Shown piece by piece: positions 50,080-62,977 of a DNA stretch of 64,000 nt (positions are counted from its first letter, which is position 1; every line of letters begins with the position of its first letter). This DNA is from Podarcis pityusensis (taxonomy: Eukaryota), in the NCBI GenBank assembly GCA_964106645.2, contig OZ067047.1; one strand, given 5' to 3'. The notes beneath the pieces are model-generated. The model did not search any database. It was not told where the DNA came from and saw only the letters and a program-made list of their open reading frames with translations. A program made the translations under genes and the position numbers.

Positions 50080-51660
50080 GGTTACATAGTCAGATGGATC
50101 TCCGTAAGAGGCATGGGAAGCTGTCAGGGAAGACACAAACTTTTTGTTGATCTCTTCTAGTGATAACTTTTATTTTGGGAGAGTTTCAACCCATTGCTAC
50201 TTTCTCTCTGCTGGAATTGCATTCCTGATTGCACCATAGATTATAAATGAGGGTTCATATCTTCACTTTCCTAAACTTGCACCCTTTTTGTTCTCCAAAA
50301 GAATCACTAAAGAATGTGGGTGGGTGTATGTGGTCTTGGCTCCCTTTCCTTTCCTTTTATCCCTTCACCTCTCAGCTGAACTCTGTCAGGTGAATAGTCT
50401 TCCCTTGCTTCTTTGTAAGTCTGACCAATATTCCTTGCCTAACAGGTTTTCCATATGTATCAAGTCTTGTTTCCCAGTGCTGATCAATTAGACTACCCAC
50501 AATAGCCCTGATCCTGGGAGTGGCTCATTTGCTACTAACTTGGCGGAGCTTGCAGAATAAAGAGGAAACAAAAGAGGTTGTGGCATGAACAGAACTGCTT
50601 ATTTGTACTCTGAATGGTTGTTCTTAGTTGCTTCCACAGGCTTCTAGGTTTGATTACTTAGTGACTTCTGCAGTTACAAGATCTGCTTTCTAAGCTTCCT
50701 ACTTCGGAAATTGGCAGGAAGCTTTGTCTAGTTTTTTGATCTCAGTACAGTTAGGGACATTCGATCCACAATTTTTGGCAGGCTGACCTGCTCCCAATCT
50801 GGGAAGAGATCTTTGCGCATGTTAAGAACGGTTCCCTCTTTAACAGTATGTGGTTGCCAAGATGTGGTGTGGGTACACTCTGGCTGACATGCCTGTATGT
50901 GCTGGGAGAACAGCAGCCTGCTCATAAATTGCACACGTTGTCTGACTCCGTTCTGTTCTAAGGACCTGTTCTCAGCTACTTCAATAACATAACAGCAACT
51001 GTAATGTTATCCTGGCTACAGCTTTCCATGAAAGCAACACTTGTCAGCCAAGACAAATGTATCCGCTGATGACTTGTGTTGTAATGGCAACTTCGACTTC
51101 AGCTGATTCAATTGACTGTGAAACACAATTGGTATATGGAGCTGGGCAGAAGGACACTCCAGCACAAAGTCACAGTTTATTGCTTAGTGAAAGAATGCAG
51201 GTAGCTATACTGGTCCTTTAGAAACAATCTAAAAGTGACAGTCTGACAGTATCCTTTATTGGGGTCACCGAAACTGTCACCTAAATTGTCCTATTGCTGC
51301 AGCAATAAAACTGCTAGCACATTTGCAAAGCTAAGCAGGGTCCAGTAAGGTTTCAAAATGGGGGATTGGGGGATTGCTTGTTGAAATTCCCGCATTGCAG
51401 GGGGTTGGACTAGATGGCTTTCAGGGTCCCTTCCAACTCTACAGCTCTATGGTTCTAAAAACAAACAAACATAGTAGTGGGTTCCCCCTAATAAACAGAA
51501 CTCTCTGCTGTTAATGAAGTGAACCATGGCTTTCTCTCTTAAATCTTAGAATGAAATTACCAGCATACTTTGAATGTGCCTTGCTCTAAACTTGCACTAG
51601 TAATGTCTGAAAGGTTGCACATACATTGTGTGCCATTAGGCCATGTGTACATGTTCTGGG

Positions 51661-51731
51661 AAGACAGGAGTGCCTGGCGTGCTCTGGTCCATGGGGTCAC
51701 GAAGAGTCGGACACGACTAAACAAGAACAAC
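51661..51731 (+). mobile_element. BovB (RTE) extreme 3' end, heavily 5'-truncated
   Basis: GCCTGGCGTGCTCTGGTCCATGGGGTCACGAAGAGTCGGACACGACT plus (AAC)n; perfect 12-bp TSD ACATGTTCTGGG. Confidence 0.85.
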
Positions 51732-52223
51732 ACATGTTCTGGGCACTTGTTAAATCTGTAGGAGGAAATGCTAGTAAGTACATGTAGCCGTTGGCAAAGT
51801 TGCAGCTTTATTACTGCTTCCATTCTTAATGTTTTAATGCCACAACTTTGCAGCTGCTAACCAAACGTGCTTACAGAGTTTCTATCCAGATTGCTGATTT
51901 TTGTTTCCTTAGCTAATTTATTTAGCTAGTCCACATTGCTGATATGAATGGTAGAACTGGTTATAAATGATAGTGATGCAAGGAGAAGCTGAAGCAAACT
52001 CCTCCTGTGGAACCTTTGCAGCCTGACCCTGTGCTTGTTTACTTGGTGCTGTTGTTCAGGATCAAACTGCATGCCGTGCAGAAAAACATTGCTATCCTAT
52101 CATCCATTAAGCCTGAGCAAGGCAAGCACATACTCTAACCCAGTTTCGAATCCAGAAGCCTAGGAAAGGTTCTGTTTGGCACTAAGAGTGAGCAATCCCA
52201 GTGGCCATTTCCTCCAAGCAATA

Positions 52224-52483
52224 TAGTTATACCTCGGGTTAAATATGCTTCAGGTTGAGTGTTTTCAGGTTATGCTCCACGGCGACCCGGAAGTAACAGA
52301 ACGTGTTACTTCCAGGTTTTGCCGCTCGCGCATGCGCAGACGCTCAAAATGACGTCACGTGCATGAGCAGAAGCAGTGAAACGCGACCCGCGCATGCGCA
52401 GACGCACAGTCACGTGTTACATTCTACTCAGGATGCGAACGGGGCTTCGGAACAGATCCCCTTCGCATCCAGAGGTACCACTG
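52224..52483. mobile_element. Tc1/mariner (Tigger-like) MITE, CpG-rich
   Basis: Degenerate 5' TIR TAGTTATACCTCGG and 3' TIR CAGAGGTACCACTG, TA TSDs. Confidence 0.75.
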
Positions 52484-53824
52484 TAACCATCTTTGCCTGC
52501 CCCAGTGGGTGTCTGTATCTCTCCAACTGTATCCAAGTGCCACACTAGTTATCTGCCAAAAGTGACATTATTTGAAAAGAGCTGAGTGTCATTCAGACAC
52601 ACATGGGTGGGAAAACCCCCGTAAAAGGGTCTGGGGAAATTGTTCCTTTGTCCCTTCCCTTCGGGTCCATCATTCACCATCAGAAAATGCTGCAACTAAC
52701 CACCTATGCTATGTTGGTTTGTAAGTAAGTTCTCTCCTTCCTACTCGTAATTAAAATCTAATTTGGCTGTTGGGGTCTGAAGTGTGTATTTGCCGATCTT
52801 CAGGTTCGGGTAAACTTGCCTGGCTGTAGTTCATATGCTGCTAGGGTGAAAGAGTTGGTTTCATGGGGAAAAGAGCAGCCTATGCCAAATCTAAGGCTGG
52901 GATAATCAGTTTGATACTAGTCCCATTGTCCAGAAGAGATATTGCTGGGAGGCACAGAACACCTTGTCTTAGAATCCTGGATATTTTCTTGAGCACCCCA
53001 GAATTCTGTCCCATCTGGGGGCTGTGACAAGAAGGAGTAGTGGCAGCAGTGATTCCTGGATAGTTAAGATGCAACTGGCTTACCTTACAAGGCTGTTGTG
53101 CAGCAGTTGCACAAGGAAGGGCATAAACAGCCCTCTCCTAGCTTTCCCCTTCTGTTACACGTGCTACACAGGGTTGTCCAACATTCTTATTTTGTATTGA
53201 AATCTCAGTTGATCAGCCCTCCTGGGGAGAGCAGATATTGAGCCCACCCCCTAGTGCTGTTGTCCCAGTAAACACCTCCCCCCCGCCCCGCCCTGCAAGC
53301 TACCGTTCTGCCCATTGAAGGAAAAGAATACAGTTAACCACATTTTTCTTCCCACCGTGAAGCAAATAATACCAGATGTGTGTGTGTGTTTTATAGCAGA
53401 AGGTGGGGTGGAAGGGGGAAAGGGTTCAACTGCTGTGATCAAATTGTAGCAGTGCTCCCCCCATCATGACTGCATTTCATTAAAAAAGAAAATACTGATG
53501 TCCTGTGGAGCATGTAGTTTAGTCCTTAGTTCCCTGAGGCTTATTTCCAAATACATATGCGTAAGATCATTACTTAATATATCTCTGGCTTATGCTTTAT
53601 TGAGGCTAAAATACCACTGTTATATGGGCTCTGGCATGTTGACCAAATATTTGTCTTTAAAATATTTATATTTATTGACCCTGTCAGGTTCTCAAGGCAG
53701 CATACAAGATAACAAAACAAACAATGTTATAAAAGCAGCACACATAGAATGCAAACAACTGAAGAATTCAAATAGCAGCAAAAACAAGAAATACCACCCA
53801 GGCATCAAGAACAAATAACATTAT

Positions 53825-53945
53825 GGGTTGCATACAGTACTAGTCCTACTCAGAGTAGACTCATGGAAATTAGCATCAATGGCTGAGTTCAGTCCATTAG
53901 TTTAAGTGGGTCGACTCTGAGTAAAACGTAGCTGAACACAACCCA
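53825..53945. repeat. Short palindromic squamate repeat (ACTCAGAGTAGAC...GTCGACTCTGAGT)
   Basis: Self-complementary; related copy at about 17980-18080. Confidence 0.6.
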
Positions 53946-54159
53946 ATATATTTCAAATCTTAATCACTTGGTGGCAAATGCTTGACTGAAAGTAAAAGGC
54001 AAAAATGTAAATGTAAAAACCACGTGGTAAATGTAGGTTGGAGTGATTGAAGAGTTTCAAAGTATGGGTATGTCACAGCAGACAAGGCTCTGTTTCAAGT
54101 AACCAGCCATGTCACTTATTTAGGGGGAATCCTGAAGTGGGGCCTCTGTTCATATAGGA

Positions 54160-54481
54160 CAGGGGTCAGCAAACTTTTTCAGCAGGGGGCCGGTCCACTG
54201 TCCCTCAGACCTTGTGGGGGGCCGGACAATATTTTGAAGGGGAAAAAAAGAACGAATTCCTATGTCCCACAAATAATCCAGAGATGCATTTTAAATAAAA
54301 GCACACATTCTACTCATGTAAAAACACCAGGCAGGCCCCACAAATAACCCAGAGATGCATTTTAAATAAAAGGACACATTTTACTCATGTAAAAACACGC
54401 TGATTCCCAGACCATCCGCAGGCCAGATTTAGAAGGCAATTGGGCCGGATCCAGCCCTCGGCCTTAGTTTGCCTATCCATG
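54160..54481. mobile_element. hAT MITE with internal ~60-bp direct duplication
   Basis: CAGGGGTCAGCAAAC...GTTTGCCTATCCATG; TSD ATATAGGA/TTATAGGA. Confidence 0.8.
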
Positions 54482-55283
54482 TTATAGGAGCTTCAAGTAC
54501 TGTGACCTCAGACTGCTTGAGGCTATAAAGTTTAAAAAAAGCACTTTGCATTGTGTTTAAATGGTAGCTGGTGGAGGTCTTGGTTATTTGGCATATTTAT
54601 GCTCTGCCTGCTAACTAAAGCTTAAAGCTATAGATTTAAAATACAAAGAGTTACAATGGAAGAGCAAAGATGTCTTAAGGTTTTGCTTTCAGATGTTCCA
54701 GCTGTTACTCTGCTTCTAAATCTCTGGGCTATCTTGGAGGAAATTGGTTTTTTAGCAGTCTCATGCAGGGTAGGGCATCCTTATCTGGCCACTTCTGCTG
54801 ATGTCACTTGTACTTTTGGCATCTGCTTTTAAGCACTGGATTGAATATGATCAAATTTTCAAGCCCAGGTTAACAACCAGACAGCCATGTTTTGAGCCCA
54901 TTGAAGTTTGCAAGCAATTGTAAAATACAGTCAAACATATAGCTCATTGCAGTAATAACTGGAATGTGACCAAAGCATTATGGGAAGGTTTGGTTTGGTC
55001 AGGAACAGCTGATGTTGGCCGACAACTGAAGCTAACAAAATATGCTTTGGGCCACAGGCATCATTTGGGTGTCCGACTATAAGAATCGATGTAAAAGTAT
55101 CCCCAAGCCAAGGACCTGATTTATTCAGGAGAGAATTCGTTCACATCCCAAACAGACAAATGTGCATAGTATATATTTTGTTCCTGCGATTACATCTGGT
55201 GACCCTTTCATCAGTCTCCATGGTATCAATGGTCCGTCATATCATTTCACTGTTTTCCTTTCTTTTAATTTATTTTTTTATAG

Positions 55284-55673
55284 AGATGCTCCAGTTCGTC
55301 AGCAACCAAGCTGGAGAATTTCCAGATCTGTTTTCTGAACAGTTGTGTGGCTCCTTCCAGAGCAACAGTGTATGTAATGGTGGTGGAACCTCAGATCCCT
55401 CGTCACAGAGGCCCTACAGCCAGGGGCAGCTACAGACCTTCTCTCCTGGTGCAGCTTCTCCCCAGCTTCAGACCGTGCAAGTGAAGGTGTCTCAGACAAC
55501 TGCCGCAACACCTGTTCCACAGCGGACAGCACCTGCTCTTCAGCCTCGTCCCCAGGTTCAGCCTCAGCTCCAGCAGCAGACTGTGATGATTACTCCAGCT
55601 TTCAGCTCTGCTCCCCAGACCCGGTTCATTCAGCAGCCTGTAATATACCAAAACGCAGCCACAAGTTTTCAAG
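55284..55673 (+). CDS. SREBF2: SREBP-2 exon 2
   Basis: tatag|EMLQFVSNQAGEFPDLFSEQLC...IYQNAATSFQ G|gtaac. Confidence 0.96.
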
Positions 55674-57366
55674 GTAACTTGCAAAGTCTTTGTAGTAGCA
55701 AGTAGTCCTACGTTGTCTTAAATGTCTTGCCCTAATCTTCCAGCAGAGCAAGAGGTATCAGAGCAGCATTTACAGCCACCATTCCTGATTTCATATCTGT
55801 GAGAAGTTTCTATTAATGTTTGAAATGTTTCTAAATAGGTGCACGTTTTCTAGGATCTCACAGGCAAATTAGAGAAGCTTGGCATTTGGGGTGAAGAAGG
55901 GCATTGGAGACCAAGACCAGGAGTTGGGGAGTGGCCTTAAATATTGTGCAGTAAAGCATAGGTAGCACTCAAAAGGAACTCTGTGAATGGTATCACTGCA
56001 AAGTAATGTACAGTTACACAATACGTCATGCACCTTTATCACTCTTAACTCTCCTCAGGTGTTGGAAATAAAGAAAGCTAACATAGGGGGGAAGCAGTAG
56101 GGGCAAGTGGGCTAGCTCCACCAACAGGGCCCCACTCAAATTTCAGGGTTCTAAAATAAGGGGTGGCCTCCATGAGTATAAAAGGTCTCTGTGCCTTTTA
56201 TAGTCACTTGTGAGTTGGAGGTTGTCAAACAATGAGGGGGTCAAGGTGGAAGTAGGGCTCTTGTCCCCACTGTTTACTTTCCTAGATTTATAACAACTGA
56301 AGAAGGCTTATGAATGGTTCCTGTACTCTTCTGTAAGAGCATGACAGTTTCTCATTCTTGTCTGTCTCTCCAGTATCCGAATCTTCCACTTCTTCTGATT
56401 GTATAGAATCTACTGTTTTCTAACCTTTCTTATGATGTGTTGGGTTCAGACTTTACATATGTAGAACTCAGCTTGAGGGATGCTCTGTGGTAATTTTTGC
56501 CAGTTCCTCCTTTCCCTTGCAGACCCTTGTGTCCCATGGAAATATTCTCTGGAGGGTTGGGGGACCCTTGGTGCAGCAGAGGATGTTGTACTAAGGGGTA
56601 TGGGGGGGGAGGGGAAGTGGCAAATATTGACTCTCCCTTCCTCTCCCTTTCTCAGCAGTAGCCACAGAAGGGCATGTCTTGATCTAAGTCTATACTGTAT
56701 GTTTAAAACATCACAAACTAGAATAGAAAAACTTAAAACTCCTATCAACTGTAGAAATCTTCAGTGAGAAAAACTTCAGTAAGACTTCTGTCTAGTCACT
56801 GTAACAGAATCATCTTTACTAACTTCTTGAAGACCAACACCCTCAAAAATGCTCTGACTCTTGTGCCATCCAGCCTTATTTGAGGCAATGCCTGTGCTCT
56901 GAGTAGGGGTATGTCTGATCTCCCCAATACATGGGAAGGCTTGTACAAGAGACATTCTCTGAAACTACCCTTAGAAAAAACAACTAGGAAACACATGCTA
57001 GGAATATGGGAAGCCCCTCTGAGCCATGTGGACTTGCTCATGGCAGCATTGTTGGGTTTTTTGGGTTTTTTTAAAGGGAGCTGGTCCAGATAAATGTGAC
57101 TAGAGCTAGACAATCTTTCTTTATCTGTTTTCCTGACTTCAATATTTGCTGCTGGTTTTTAAATTCTTCATAGATTGCTTTGCTGGGTCTAATGCTGCTA
57201 GGAAGAGGAACCAGGAGAAAACGCCCCCCCCCCCAATAGCTGACTGAACACTGGCCATTCCTGAGAGGTCATGGATTGCAGCTTAGCATCATAATGAAAG
57301 CTGTAGTCTTCTGTCAGCATCAGCTCATTCAGGCAGTTTCTCAGATTGCTCTTGTTTTCCTTTTAG

Positions 57367-57548
57367 TGCTGCAACCCCAGGTTCAGAGCCTGGTGACTTC
57401 CTCGCAAGTTCAACCAGTCACTATCCAGCAGCAAGTGCAAACGATGCAAGCTCAGAGGGTTTTGACACAAACAGCCAATGGCACCATCCAGACACTGACC
57501 CCGGCCACAGTCCAGGCAGTAGCTGCCCCTCAAGTCCAGCAGGTTCCA
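57367..57548 (+). CDS. SREBF2: SREBP-2 exon 3
   Basis: ttttag|VLQPQVQSLVTSSQVQPVTIQQQVQT...QVQQVP|gtgag. Confidence 0.96.
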
Positions 57549-58352
57549 GTGAGTAGTTTTATGTTGTAATATTATGCGGGAAGGTTTAGTTTTCTGCACT
57601 TCCGAGGCATGTATATTTATGCAGGCGGTTTCCTTTCTGTTCAAAGTCAGGAAGTGGCTTCACTGCTTGGAGACCAGACTATCCTCAGCAGTGAAGTTCC
57701 TTAGGCTTAGATCACTGATGGACTGAATTGTAGGATAGCTTAGCCATAGAAAAATGGACAGCAGTGGTCCAATATCAGAAGAAGGTTAGTAGAGATTTTG
57801 GAGAGGGTTTTTTGTGGGGGGAGGGATAGCAAACTACGAGATGTAGAGCTGTATCTATAGCATATTGGGGTTTAATATTTAGTAACGTGCCAGCTGCAGT
57901 ATTGTTAAATGGAAAGGAAAATAATCAGAGACAATAGAGTATTCCTTGTTTCACTGCTGAAAGCTTTTAGTAGTTGGATACAACACGTTTTAGAACTGCC
58001 TTCATAACTACAAGGGTTAGAACTTGTTCTTCGTACAAAAGGATCAAATTGTCTTCAATGGCAGTCAGACTCCATACTGACAGCACAGTTCTTACTATAT
58101 TCAGGGTCTTCCATACACCCAACAGGTTGGCTCATTGGCAAGTTCTTATTGGCCTTTGGCATTTGCAGGAAGGAGCATGGGGTGAACATACATTGAAGCA
58201 GTTGTTAGATATATATTGAAACTTGCATACTGGAACTCCATGCAGTCACATAGAAATCTGTTATAAAAAAGGTTGCCCAGCTTCTGCAGTGCTTGCAGTA
58301 TTGAGCTTTGTGTTGTTGTGCTAAACCTTTTAACTGCCTCTTCTCCTTCTAG

Positions 58353-58493
58353 GTCCTTGTCCAGCCACAGATAATCAAGACTGATTCTCTTGTCTTAACA
58401 ACATTGAAAGCTGATGGCAGCCCTGTTATGACTGCTGTTCAGAATCCAGCCCTCACAGCACTGACCACGCCTATTCAGACAACAGCCTTGCAG
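58353..58493 (+). CDS. SREBF2: SREBP-2 exon 4
   Basis: ttctag|VLVQPQIIKTDSLVLTTLKADGSPVMTAVQNPALTALTTPIQTTALQ|gtact. Confidence 0.94.
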
Positions 58494-59254
58494 GTACTGT
58501 AGGGCATCTTGCCTTCCCTTCCCAAACATGCACCTTCTCCCTCTTGCCAGCCAGTATAGTGTTTTAAGAATCTGTTAAGTGGGGCAGGCAGAAGGGATCA
58601 TTTAACAAGTGAGCATCTACAGCCTGCACCAGCTGCAGCTTCTTCAAGAGTAACTCCATGTGGAGTTCTTTGCTGTAATCAGGTCATGAAGTTATTAGAG
58701 CATGGATACTTGAGCTTAGGCTATCCTGGCCCAGTAATGGCTGCTGCTGGAAAACAGGCTGGAATTGGGCACAGGCTACCCTCACTACTGAGAGCACACT
58801 CCGATCACCTGTATCTCTAGTGGCAGCTTCAAATTGAGGAGAACCCCTAAGCGGCATACCAATTCCTTCAGGAGAGAGTTCAGTCCCATCCAGAACATGC
58901 CTCCCTATTTCCTGGGCTTGGGAAACACCTGTAGTACCTTCAAGCATCTATCCAGCATCTGCACAATCTCTTCTGATTCTGCTGGATGGAGAGGTATGAA
59001 CTGACTCTCGTCGGCGTACTGACAGCACTATGTCCCAAATCCCTGGATGACAGCTCCCTGGGGCTTCCTATAGATAGTGAACAGCATGAGGGACAGAATG
59101 GACCAAATGCCAAGGGGCCAAGCAGGATTCCCCCGGAGCTGATCTCATGTAGTAACTGCAAGTAGGAGCAGAACCACCGTAACACAGAGGCCCCAGCTCC
59201 CAACCCACCGAACAAATTAATCTTTAACTGGGTCACTGTTGTCTTTTTTAAAAG

Positions 59255-59479
59255 ACTTTAGTTGGTGGCAATGGTACCATCTTGACCACAATGCCCATGG
59301 TGATGGGAGGGCAGGAGAAGATGCCCATCAAGCAGGTGCCTGGTGGTGCCAAGCAACCAGAACCACCAAAGGAAGGAGAGAGGCGGACAACCCATAATAT
59401 AATTGAGAAGCGGTACCGATCATCTATAAATGATAAGATCATAGAATTGAAGGACCTAGTCATGGGAACAGATGCAAAG
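59255..59479 (+). CDS. SREBF2: SREBP-2 exon 5 (bHLH basic region and helix 1)
   Basis: [14 protein letters not shown]...[34 protein letters not shown]|gtatg; SREBP-diagnostic Tyr in EKRY. Confidence 0.97.
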
Positions 59480-59911
59480 GTATGAGTTGCTTTGTGGCTG
59501 AAAGCAAAAAGACTGCTGTGATTTCAAACCCAGTTGACAATATGCTTGCAAGTCATAATTCTCTGCTCCTTTTTTATTTTCTTTATTTGAAAGTTAGAAA
59601 AATACATAATTATATGTGCACGAAACATGGCGAGACATAAATAAAAGAGATAAAAAGATAACTTGTGGTATTAATACGCCTAGATTCTCTGCTTCTTACT
59701 GAGATTATCAATCTTTGCTCAGTCAATATGGAGTTTTGGTCTCCCATGATAGATGCTAAATGTATTTGATTTGAATCCATTTCGTATTCTTCCCTGTGAT
59801 TGGGAAAATCATTGCAGCTTTAGTGTAGAAGCTTGTGCTGAAAGAGGATTTGGTGGCATTATTGCTAAAAATTATTGTTCATTCTCTTTAATGTATGCAC
59901 ATTATTTGCAG

Positions 59912-60026
59912 ATGCACAAGTCAGGGGTACTGAGAAAGGCCATTGACTACATTAAGTACCTACAGCAGGTTAACCATAAGCTGCGTCAAGAGAACATGGT
60001 CCTGAAGCTTGCTAATCAGAAAAACA
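59912..60026 (+). CDS. SREBF2: SREBP-2 exon 6 (helix 2 and zipper)
   Basis: MHKSGVLRKAIDYIKYLQQVNHKLRQENMVLKLANQKN A|gtaag. Confidence 0.97.
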
Positions 60027-60204
60027 GTAAGTGTTGGGTGGCTCTTTAAGTGGCTTTGATCTCCTACTTCACTGTTTGATGACGTATATTATTGGCTGCC
60101 CAGTTTTGTGTGGGCATGTGAAACAAGGGAAGCAAGGGAAAGCATGAAGGTGAAAGAAAACTGAATTGTGAATTGTTAATCTTTGCAATCTCTGGTCTTT
60201 TCAG

Positions 60205-60386
60205 AGCTGTTGAAGGGGTTTGACCTAAGCAGTTTGGTGGACAATGATGTGGATCTGAAGATGGATGACTTCAACCAAAATGCTCTGTTGATGTCTCCTC
60301 CAGCCTCTGACACAGGGTCACAAGCAGGCTTTTCCCCTTATTCTATTGATTCAGAACCAGGAAGCCCACTGCTGGATGATGCAAAG
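60205..60386 (+). CDS. SREBF2: SREBP-2 exon 7
   Basis: KLLKGFDLSSLVDN...LLMSPPASD...EPGSPLLDDAK|gtag. Confidence 0.96.
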
Positions 60387-60993
60387 GTAGTCAACATCCT
60401 AAAACATTCTACAGAGGGAAGCGTGCATAAGGGTTGCATGCTACTTGTAGACATGGGTGATGTGTGCTGGTTGAGCTGGAGATCATGTGTTTGGCATTAA
60501 AGGCTGTAATGAACTATGGTTCTAGAGGAAGATGTGACTCGGAATACAAAGGTTAATCAGTTCCATGACATTATCATCCCTGGCTAGTTTAGGCTGTCAT
60601 TGTGTGAAGTCCTGTACCCAAAGCCTAATAATACAATATTTCGTCTCACAGACCTTTTAATAAAAAGGTTGATGTAACTCTGCTGTCTCCCCTTCTTCTC
60701 TTGCCTCTTAACAGGAGTGAGAATAGGAAGAAGAAATGTTGTGCACAATATATAGATATAAATTGATTGGCTGCAACAATAACACTAGCTCTCCTCCTGA
60801 TTCAGCACACTCAGAAACATGTTGAGGCATGATAGCGGAGATTGTTCTTATAGCCATGTTTGAAATGCTGTGATAAATTGTGAACATCAGTCAATTCTTA
60901 TACATTCTCAGTAGGCCGGGAACAATTAATTATCTTCACTGTTTCACAGTTCTCTTGCTCTCTAACAAATCATCCTCTACCACTATGGTCTAG

Positions 60994-61186
60994 GTTAAAG
61001 ATGAACCTGACTCTCCAGCTGCCGCTCTTGGAATGGTTGACCGCTCACGGATGCTGCTTTGTGCTCTTACGTTCCTCTGTCTCTCCTTCAACCCTCTAAC
61101 ATCCCTCCTAGAGGGCCAAAGGACAGCTGACTCTGATGGTTCTGTACATCATGGCTCAGGGAGGAGTATTCTGTCAATAAACTCAG
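60994..61186 (+). CDS. SREBF2: SREBP-2 exon 8 (TM1, S2P and S1P sites)
   Basis: VKDEPDSP...DRSRMLLCALTFLCLSFNPL...GSGRSILS...G|gtact. Confidence 0.96.
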
Positions 61187-62027
61187 GTACTGTCAGAAAT
61201 CCAGTCTTTCAGTATACTTCTCCATGCTGCTTGTTTGGTGTTTGGAGTTCTTTAAGGATCACATATACAGTAGCTGAACACAGACAGTAGTAGTGACACT
61301 GGGGGAAAGGGGTGCTATTTATTTGCTTTTTTTATAATTAAAGGATGTTATTTATTTGTATGCCCCCTTTCCATAGTTAAACCATACTCGAGGTTGCTTA
61401 CATCAAAACATTTACACCATTCATTCATATATCCACACTGGCCACTCCATTGGTTGGATACTGAGAAACCCCTGCACTGTATATTAAAGTAATGATTTGA
61501 CCCTTGTTAGGATATTCTCTAAAGAATTGTGCAGGGCAACTCCTTTGCATGTTTACTGGGAAGTAAGCTGCATTGTGTTCAGGGAAACTCACTCCTAAGA
61601 AAACTTGTATAGGGTTGCAGCCTTCATCTGTTCTGAGTTTTACTAGGTCATTTTAAAACCCCATCCTCATAGCACTTCTGCAGGACATGGGAGTTATTAA
61701 ATGGGATTCTTACAAGAATCACATAGTCTAGCTACACTGTGAAATAATTTTTATCTATTTGAGTAAAATTCAGCATTTGTAGAGCCAATACAGATTGTGT
61801 TGCATTTTTTGAACATATTATATATATGTAACACACACACGAATCTGTAATCCCAACAGTGCAGTTTATTTGGGACTCAGAGCCAAATTGCCTGAGCCTC
61901 CACCTCCTTATGTGCACAGCTTTTTTACATAATTAAAATTCATCCCAGTCTTGTTATTTTAAGATGTTACCTCATCTATCTCCGCTCTGGCCCCCCTTCA
62001 TATCTCTTCTGGCATCTTTCCCTGTAG

Positions 62028-62209
62028 GCTCTGGTGGCTGGTTTGGCTGGATGATGCCCACTCTGATCCTGTGGCTTGTGAACGGTGTTATTGTCCTGAG
62101 TGTGTTCATAAAACTCCTAGTACATGGAGAGCCAGTGACTCGACTGCACTCCCGGTCATCGGTTACTTTCTGGCGGCATCGGAAACAAGCAGACCTGGAT
62201 TTAGCTAAG
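62028..62209 (+). CDS. SREBF2: SREBP-2 exon 9 (TM2)
   Basis: GSGGWFGWMMPTLILWLVNGVIVLSVFIKLLVHGEPV...FWRHRKQADLDLAK|gtagg. Confidence 0.96.
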
Positions 62210-62977
62210 GTAGGTCAAGTTCCTGCTTCAGAAAACAAATTTTGTTTCTTTCCCAGTTTGTCTTCTGGAGCAGTACTGAACAGGCAGCACCTCAAATTGC
62301 AGATCAACTCTCCAGAGAGGCTTGTGCACTTGGGATTGCAAGCATTTGTTCTACTTCTGAAACACTTGTATGGTAAAGGACTCTGGAGCTCTTTAGTTCT
62401 CCACTTTTCTCCTTTCAGAAAGCCCCAATAAAATATTTTTGAATTGCCACCCTCAGCTTTAGCTGTGTAAAGCAATCTTTGTTTTTGCCATGGGCCTGGG
62501 GTAAATTTGAATTTTGCAACTGAATCTAATTGTAAAAGTGGCCAGATTGTCACAGATTTGCTTAATATGCCTGAAGGTTTAAGGTAATATCTCCAATAAA
62601 AGTATTTCAGAACATCAGTTACTATTTCAATCTTTCTTTATATACTGTTAGCATATTTGAATAAGATAGAGAAAAAAGGCAGTTTGAAAGCTACTGTTGG
62701 TTGGTAAAACTGCTTTTTTGTAAACCGCTTAGAGATTTTCTCATCAAGCAGTATTACATAAATAAATGTAGAAATAGATTTAAGTGGAGATAAATAGAAG
62801 AGACCAAAAATGCAGCCTTAGGGTCAAAGATGCTGCATCTTTCAAGGCTAGGCTAAAGGTGATTATGCTTGATTGTGCAAGTTTCCACATGCCATCTCCG
62901 AGAGTCTCTGAAGTCACTGGACTCTCACACGTCTTTGCTGCACCTTCAGCTTTTCTGTTTTTGTTCTGTGCCTGCAG

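Noticed and set aside
51249-51257. Isolated GTATCCTTT (also GTATCCTT near 40904)
   Set aside because: No associated exon or U12 branch/acceptor; expected by chance
58684-59236. Minus-strand ORFs in SREBF2 intron 4
   Set aside because: Probably a repeat insertion; no recognisable protein, and boundaries and TSD not resolvable
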